Positions 56,792 to 64,000 of a DNA stretch of 64,000 nucleotides are shown here, one piece after another; positions within the stretch are counted from its first letter, which is position 1; each line of letters opens with the position of its first letter. Under the pieces are notes generated by a model. It was given only the letters and a program-made list of their open reading frames with translations. It was not told where the DNA came from and searched no databases. This stretch comes from Octopus vulgaris (Eukaryota). The stretch lies in NCBI GenBank assembly GCA_951406725.2, contig OX597821.1:110918001-110982000 (forward strand), written 5' to 3'. A program made the position numbers and the translations under genes.

Positions 56792-56795
<4 letters not shown>
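56461..56795. mobile_element. Tc1/Mariner-type MITE carrying an 82-bp LINE 3' UTR insertion
   Basis: TIRs CAGGGTGGGCCAAAAGTCACGCAC / GTGCGTGACTTTTTGCCCACCCTG, with TA on the left flank. Confidence 0.85.
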
Positions 56796-56857
<62 letters not shown>

Positions 56858-56887
56858 TATGTATATATATATATATGTATGTATGTA

Positions 56888-56930
<43 letters not shown>

Positions 56931-56931
56931 G

Positions 56932-58054
56932 TAACTTAGAATAACTTAGAATAACTTAGAAAGGTTTTGGCCAGTATTGGCCCAGGCCATGTCTAACTTA
57001 ATAGCACCACCTGGCGAAGTCTTTCAATTCAGGATTTGGGCACCAAGGCCCATTCGAGCAGAGAGTTATTGTTTGCGGAGACATATCCGGGTGTGGGTGG
57101 TTTGTCCGAGACTGTTTGAAGGAATTTGTCCAAAGACTTCTTGAATTTTGTGTGGTCAGTTTCTTTTTTGACGTGTCCTGGTGTAATGTTGAAGAGAGGG
57201 GTTCCAATTGAGGTGAAATAGTTGTGCCGTATTGTCGTTATGTGATGCGATTTAGATTTTTGTTGTGGACGGATGGCACGTAGTCCAAGCCTTGGATGTA
57301 TTTTGAAGGTGATGCCAACATCATTCGGACAGTGCTGATGGAATATTTTCCACATCATACAGATAATGTAGCGTTCACGGCGTCGTTGGAGTGAATACAG
57401 TTTCAGCTTCTCTAGTCTACCCCAGTAGTCAAGGTCTGACATGCCATCTATCTTTTTTGTGATTGACCTTTGGGGAGCTTCAATTCTCATAATATTTTGT
57501 TTTGTGTAGGGAGACCACAGTGGACAGCAGTATTCAAGGTGGGGTCGGGCAAAAGTGGAGAAGAGAAGGATAATAGTGTGGGAATCTCTCGACTGGAAGG
57601 TTCTGAGAATCCAGGAACACATTCTGCGGACCATGTCAACTTTGCTGCTTATATGTGTAGCCCAGTTTATGTTGTTGTCCACTGTTACTCCCAAGTCTCT
57701 GATGTTGTTGGATGCCATGAGAATTTCTCCAGAAGGAAGAGAGTATGGGAGTTTCAGAGCGTCCTCCCTTCCAAAGTGGATCAGTTCGAATTTGTCTTCA
57801 TTTAGCAACATGTTATTCTTTTCCGCCCATTGGACAACAGCCAGCAGGTCTGACTGAAAGCTTATTCGGTCATCCACGCCATTGATGACCTTCTGGAGCT
57901 TGAAATCATCAGCGAAGGTTCTGATGTTACTGTGTTTGATGGTGTCAGTAATATCATTTATGTAGATGATGAAGAGAAGTGGGGCCAACACAGTGCCTTG
58001 TGGGACACCACTGCTGACTTTGGCTGGGCTGGATTTGACTCCTTCGACTACAAC
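56932..58054 (-). mobile_element. Young 5'-truncated CR1-like LINE: RT and C-terminus of ORF2, 3' UTR and (TTCTAAGTTA)n tail
   Basis: Uninterrupted frame 57029-58054 with SGVPQGTVLAPLLF, FADD, RDLGV, RPHLEYC, LYSLQRRRER and FKKSLDKFL. The ORF-track N-terminus upstream is (TA)n artefact. Confidence 0.93.
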
Positions 58055-58067
58055 ATGTATACATATG

Positions 58068-58118
<51 letters not shown>

Positions 58119-58231
58119 ATATATATATATCCTCCTTCCTCCTTTCTTTCCTGAGCGTCCAATAATACTTTATTTGTTCCACGTCCTCACGTTGTTGTGT
58201 TTTTTTGTTTTTTGTGTTTTCTTGTTTGGAT

Positions 58232-58294
<63 letters not shown>

Positions 58295-58615
58295 GGGGGG
58301 GGGATAAGTCTCATTCACGATGTATCTCTCATGCGAATGCAACTACAATGAATAGCTCATAATGCATTAGGTTGTTTTTTTAAAAAAAACACACACACAC
58401 ACACACACAGCCTTGGACAGGAAAAAAACTCAGAAGCTGAAACCCTTCTCCCGCCCCGTTGGCCTCGATCCATTCAGCGGTCAAAACCCTGACGATCGTA
58501 ATACCGTTACCTTGAAACTGCTCTCTGAAATTCAACCACTCGAACCAGACGATTCCAACTAACGAGAGTGGTTGTTTACATTCAGAACATTACAGTGTTT
58601 ATATATGTGTGTGTA

Positions 58616-58648
<33 letters not shown>

Positions 58649-58659
58649 ATGTATATTTA

Positions 58660-58772
<113 letters not shown>

Positions 58773-58833
58773 ATGTATATGTATCTATATAAATATATAT
58801 ATGTGTGTGTATATGTGTGTGTATATGTGTGTG

Positions 58834-58877
<44 letters not shown>

Positions 58878-59555
58878 AATGTATATAAATATATATATAC
58901 ATATATATATATGTATATAAATATATATATATACATTTATACACACACACGCGTCTGTCTCTCTGTGATGTGTGTGTGTGTGTGTCAGTGTGTGTGTGTC
59001 AGTGTGTGTGTGTGTCAGTGTGTGTGTGTGTGTGTGTGTGTTGACGCCAACATTCCAAAACTGAGAGAAGCAATGATTACAAACATTGCCAGCAGTTCAG
59101 GTTAATTCGGGTCTTTTACTTCGGTTATTTGCCTTCTGAGAGATTTCGGCAATTTCTCCAATTAGTCTCAGCCACTTTCTTCCTGAGCAAACACTCTGCT
59201 GTTCAAAAATAGCTCTGCTCTCCTCAAAACAATACTGTTAACCTTCTGCGTATAATCCTCGCTAGAACGTTTAAAGAACGTGGTATAACCGATACAGTTT
59301 TATTGTTGCAGTGTGCGTAGGTTTGCTAAATAAATGTTACTATCACACATTTTCTTGACGTACGAGAATTCGCACCGTGTCAAGATACACCTGCTACAGT
59401 ATTTTTCAGGGAATTAGCAAGGTAAGATTTGAAAAAATTGTAGAAGAGCTGGGCAAACGAACAATTCGGGAACCGTGTTCGTGTCAAGACGGCGTAGTGC
59501 ATCGACCTTTTGTTTAAATCATATGCGTTACGTTTTGTGAGGAACGGTTGGCTTG

Positions 59556-59596
<41 letters not shown>

Positions 59597-59864
59597 CGTG
59601 TGTGTGTGTGTGCATTTGCACAGCTTACTCAAGTGCCATCGGAATGGCACTTGAGTAATTGAGGAAATTCAGCAACTTGAATATGCTTGAATTTGATTGG
59701 AAGACTAAGATTCACCTCCTGTCTATATGGCATCTATCCCAGTTTGACGGGAAAACATTTCACGTGCATGAAGCCAGCAGCTGGCAGATTGTATTTTAAT
59801 GGTTATCGTGAAATCGACCAAATATGCACTTATACCGGTTTTCAAAGTAAGCTTCTCATATACA

Positions 59865-59932
<68 letters not shown>

Positions 59933-60211
59933 TATATACATACGTATATGTACATACTTACATCTATACGTATATATATAAGTATATGTGGGCACAGGAC
60001 GTCACGAAATGTGTACAACAAAAATACGAAGTACGAGTACCTGGAATATGAACTATTTTTCGAACAACGAAAGACACAAACAGAAAACAAGATAAACAAC
60101 ATAAAGAACGACCTTTCATCAGTTGTTTGCTGTTTTTCTACTCTCGTATTTCGAGCATTTAACAACAATATACACTTTCGATAAAACAGTTGCTCCCGCA
60201 TATATACAGAC

Positions 60212-60274
<63 letters not shown>

Positions 60275-60869
60275 TACATACATACATATGTATGTGTGTG
60301 TGTATATATATATATATCATTCTTTGTCATGTGAAGTGAATAAATTATGTTTTGCTGGGGAGGCCTTATAAAACTGAACGAAACATGCCCATTGCTTTTT
60401 ATCAGCTTGTTCGAAAGACCATATTGCGCCCCATCTGGGCTATTTTGAGTACATTGTCAAAACAATAAATTGTTCAAATGATCTCATTGAAGCTAACTCT
60501 CATGCTTGTCCCTTTAGATTTTAAACATTTTTAGGGGGAGTTCTGGCTACTGATGGTGTAGATAATCTCGCTAGATTTCCTTATATTAATTATGATATAC
60601 TCAGGCATACCCCATACACTATATCTAGGGTAGTTACAAAAGGCACTCCTATATTCATAGACCCGTCCGGTCAGGGAATACAGATACCATAAAAACAAAA
60701 TTAAAAGCAATGAAAATGTAAGAGTTAAGTGAAGTCTTCATCTGAGGTAAAATACGAGACAGTCACATAGGGAATGCCTTTTGTAAAGATTTTAGGCGAG
60801 ACCAGCAGTCGAGCGTTAATGTATGATACGTGCCTTTGTGCCTTTGACCACAGCTTCGATAAATCGATG

Positions 60870-61305
60870 AGTTTAAACAACAACGACATCTACATCAATT
60901 AACGGAACAAATAAACAACAGAGAAGACAAACAGTCGGGTGTATTACTAAAAGACATGAATCCGATATAATTGTGATTGTATCGAACCCAGCTGAAAGGA
61001 CAGTTTCCCAGGAAGTGAACATCGAAGTCATTTTCCTCATGAAAGACAGAAAATACAATGAGTTGGTTAAGATACGCGAAAACAATAGATGGGAAGCAAT
61101 ATGGCCTACTGTAACGGTAGATGCTAGAGGATATGTTGGAACAAGGGTTCATTCGATACTCAAGATATGTTGGGGCAAGGGTTCATTCGATATTCAAGAG
61201 CCTTTGACTAACTGCAAAAGTAAGCAAATATGTTTCAGAAAATTGTCGGAAGCCGCCGAGAAAGCAAGCCATTACACGTGGCTCAGGAGAGATGAAGTAG
61301 TGTAA
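60870..61305 (+). pseudogene. Restriction-like endonuclease C-terminus of a HERO/NeSL-type non-LTR retrotransposon
   Basis: PDIIV...K.RKYNELV...W.A..PTVTVDARGYVG...LSEAAEKASHYTWLRR matches the PD..KY..L..P(V)EVG.RG..AE.AS.W.W pattern of HERO-clade elements. Confidence 0.75.
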
Positions 61306-63041
61306 TAAGAATGAGCATTGAGGATGGTAGAAACATTTGGCCTAGAGTTGCTAATTCTGATGCAACAAATCTCCTATAAGAGTTTTGTTGCTTACATCCG
61401 TAGATGATACCGGACAACTGTGGCTTAGCGGTGGAAGGCGCTGAAACTTCTACAGAGCTGCTTTACCTCCAGACGTGATATTGATTCTCGCACTCAAACG
61501 TTTATCCTAAATGCTGTTACACAAGTAGTGTTGCTTTAAAACAAAGTATGGACATAGAGACACGGGTTTCATATAAAAGTTTCCTCAAAAGACAGTTACT
61601 CGTTGACTCTTTATCTTTATCTTTATCCTTATCTTTATCTTTACCCGTTGACTCTTCTATCTTTACTGTTATAAACGCTCTCCTACGACTGATTACTTAA
61701 TGAAATTCAGTCGCCATTTTAATATTATAGTTGTTCTGCTTGAGATGGTGATGTTAATATTTATTTAATCTTTAAGTAGCCGTTTGTCTGTTTCTTTGCA
61801 ATTTAGTTTGTCGGTCAATTAACACCTGTTCAATTAATCACACTTTTAAACTGACAGGTAACCATTATGTCCGCATTTATACTTCTGCTCTTTTTTTTTT
61901 TAACATTCCTTTTTTTCTTCTATGTTTTTATCAGAAAAAGAAGGGCAGTTTCCATGACCTTTTACGAAGGGTTTCTAAGTCTAGTTGGGGGGCGAGGAAC
62001 AGGGGAAGGAAAAAAGAAGGAAAGAAGAAAGGACAGGAAGAAAGAAATAATAAAGAAGGAAAGAAAGAAATGAAAGAAGAAGGACGGAAAGAAAGAAAGG
62101 AAAAGGAAATAAAGAACGAAAGAAAGAAAGAAAGATAGAAAGAACGAAAGAAAAAAAGAAAGAAAGTTGGAGACATTAAATGCGGCGTGTTTTAAAAATA
62201 AGAACGTCCGTCCGTTTTTTATTTGTTTCTGTCAGTGGACTTTGGCCATGCTGCGGCACTGCATCAAAGGATTTAGTCGAACAAGTCGACCCCAGTACTT
62301 ATTTTTTAAGTCTGATACTAATTCTGTCTTCGAGAAGATCATACTGCCAATAAACACACGCTCACAGATTGTATTTCACTTCAGTTTCAGTATCCATAAA
62401 TTAAATTAGTAGTAAATTATTTATTTAATTATTTATCTAATCGACTCGACAAAGTTCTTTTATCACAGCCTGAGAACTTATCAACAACGGTGCTCTCGTT
62501 TTACTGCTTTCCTGTACTGTAACATATTCTTCGTTTTTCCCGCTACAAAAATGAAATATTTAAATTTAGATATTGGAATCATTGATTATTTATCAACATT
62601 CGACTATCTATGTGGATTAAATGAAGTTAATTCACTCCCGATATAATCATCTGTTATGGTTACTTCTACAGATGTAAATCAGCCAGCGCTGATTTTGTCA
62701 ACAACGTTTCGTATCCGAGACGCCAGATGTAAAGAACAACAATGAGATCGAAAATGAAAACTGGATAATGGTCGTATATGCCATATTTCGGGAGTTTTTG
62801 CTCCTTTACCAGCACCCATCTAACCCCTTAATCACCCACGAAAACATTGCTTAAATAACCACTCAATTTAGCGGTGTATCGATTTTGGAGATACCAATTT
62901 TACATATCAAACACATTCCTGGAAGCTGGTACGTAAATATTCGTTTCTACTTGGGCACGTAAATATTTATGACTTATAGGAACACGGTATGTCGTTATGC
63001 AACCATAATACGCTACAAAATTATATTAAACATTTGATATA

Positions 63042-63566
63042 GAGGTCGTCGTCGACTTACGACCACAATTGGTTCCGACAGACTGGTCGTAAGTCGATTT
63101 GGTCCTAAGTCGGCCTATACATAGCTTTGTTTTATATTTTTACATCTTTAACGTACATTCTCAAGTAAAAGTCACACACAACATTTTGTATTATACTATT
63201 ATAATGGCGTTAGTCAAAACATTTCCGTGTCTCAAACTGTCGTCTTATAAACAAATACGAGGCTGCCTCGATGTCTCCGCGACAGGATATTTCTCCAACG
63301 CTCAGGATAACTACATGGGCGATCGATAACCAAACCTAGGGGAAGCGATTGTTAGCTGACATCATCCGTAGATGGGTTAATTTCTAAGAAATTAAACCCA
63401 TTAGATTTCTAAGAAAGTAAACCCATTAGATTTCAAAGAAATTAAACCCATTACATTTCTAAGAAAGTAAACCCATTAGATTTCAACTGGACTGTATATT
63501 ATTGCTGCCGGGAGCTGGCGCGCCAATCGTCGTAAAGTCGCTAGGTCGTAAGTCGACGACGACCTG
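63042..63566. mobile_element. Tigger/pogo-type MITE with an internal 25-bp tandem repeat
   Basis: TA-flanked TIRs (G/C)AGGTCGTCGTCGACTTACGACC. About four copies of AAACCCATTAGATTTCTAAGAAA(G/T)T at 63380-63485. Confidence 0.85.
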
Positions 63567-64000
63567 TACTTTGTAGTATATTATGGTTTCATAGCGAAAT
63601 GCAGTGTCCTTACATGTCATTAATATAATAATTATACTTGTTATTTAGCACCGAGCCAGTTCCGCTTGAATAGATCTGTAATAAAAGGTGTTTTGTAATG
63701 TTTTGTTCAAGGTGGAGTTGTCAGAATTCACATCTCGTCGAAATACGATCTTATCCAGATTTATAAATTTCATCTACAAACAAGCTCAGTACGATCCAAT
63801 TCCCGACATGCTTCCAAATATAACATATTGATGTCAGTTCAGACGTATCTTATTGCTTATTACACAATGTGTGATGGTTATTGTTGTTGTTCTTCTTCTT
63901 CTTTTTATTCTTTTACTGCTATTACTACCAAACCAAGCGACTGCATCGGCTCCCTCATTGACTCATAGGTATAAACACACACATGCATACATTCACAGAC

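Noticed and set aside
58055-58162. N-terminal extension of the 377-aa RT ORF
   Set aside because: It is (TA)n flank read in frame by chance. The LINE is 5'-truncated at about 58054.
59990-60200. CTGATGA on the minus strand in a Penelope-like fragment
   Set aside because: I could not assemble stems and an NUH site into a hammerhead fold.

Overview
Eukaryotic, AT-rich, repeat-saturated intronic or intergenic DNA. The SINE families and very high microsatellite density look like an octopod cephalopod (Octopus); this is inferred from pattern, not confirmed. There is no complete host gene, rRNA, genuine tRNA or CRISPR array, and almost all ORFs in the track are translations of microsatellites. Recognisable content: (i) many copies of two tRNA-derived SINE families; (ii) LINE fragments of the Tx1/L1, RTE, CR1-like, R4/Dong and HERO-like clades, including an intact ~340-codon CR1-like RT/C-terminal fragment at 57029-58054; (iii) Penelope-like termini carrying minimal hammerhead ribozymes; (iv) MITEs of Mariner, Tigger/pogo, hAT, Merlin-like and piggyBac-like type; (v) a probable solo LTR; (vi) four local satellites/minisatellites; (vii) two short candidate + strand exons. 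The most notable signal is a putative SINE-Tx1 LINE partnership. One SINE tail variant matches the 3' end of the Tx1 fragment, and its 3' junctions repeatedly fall at GGTA(TTT), including inside its own body, building a head-to-tail trimer. Also notable are a non-canonical hammerhead core (CUGUAGA) shared by two copies and several perfect inverted repeats.
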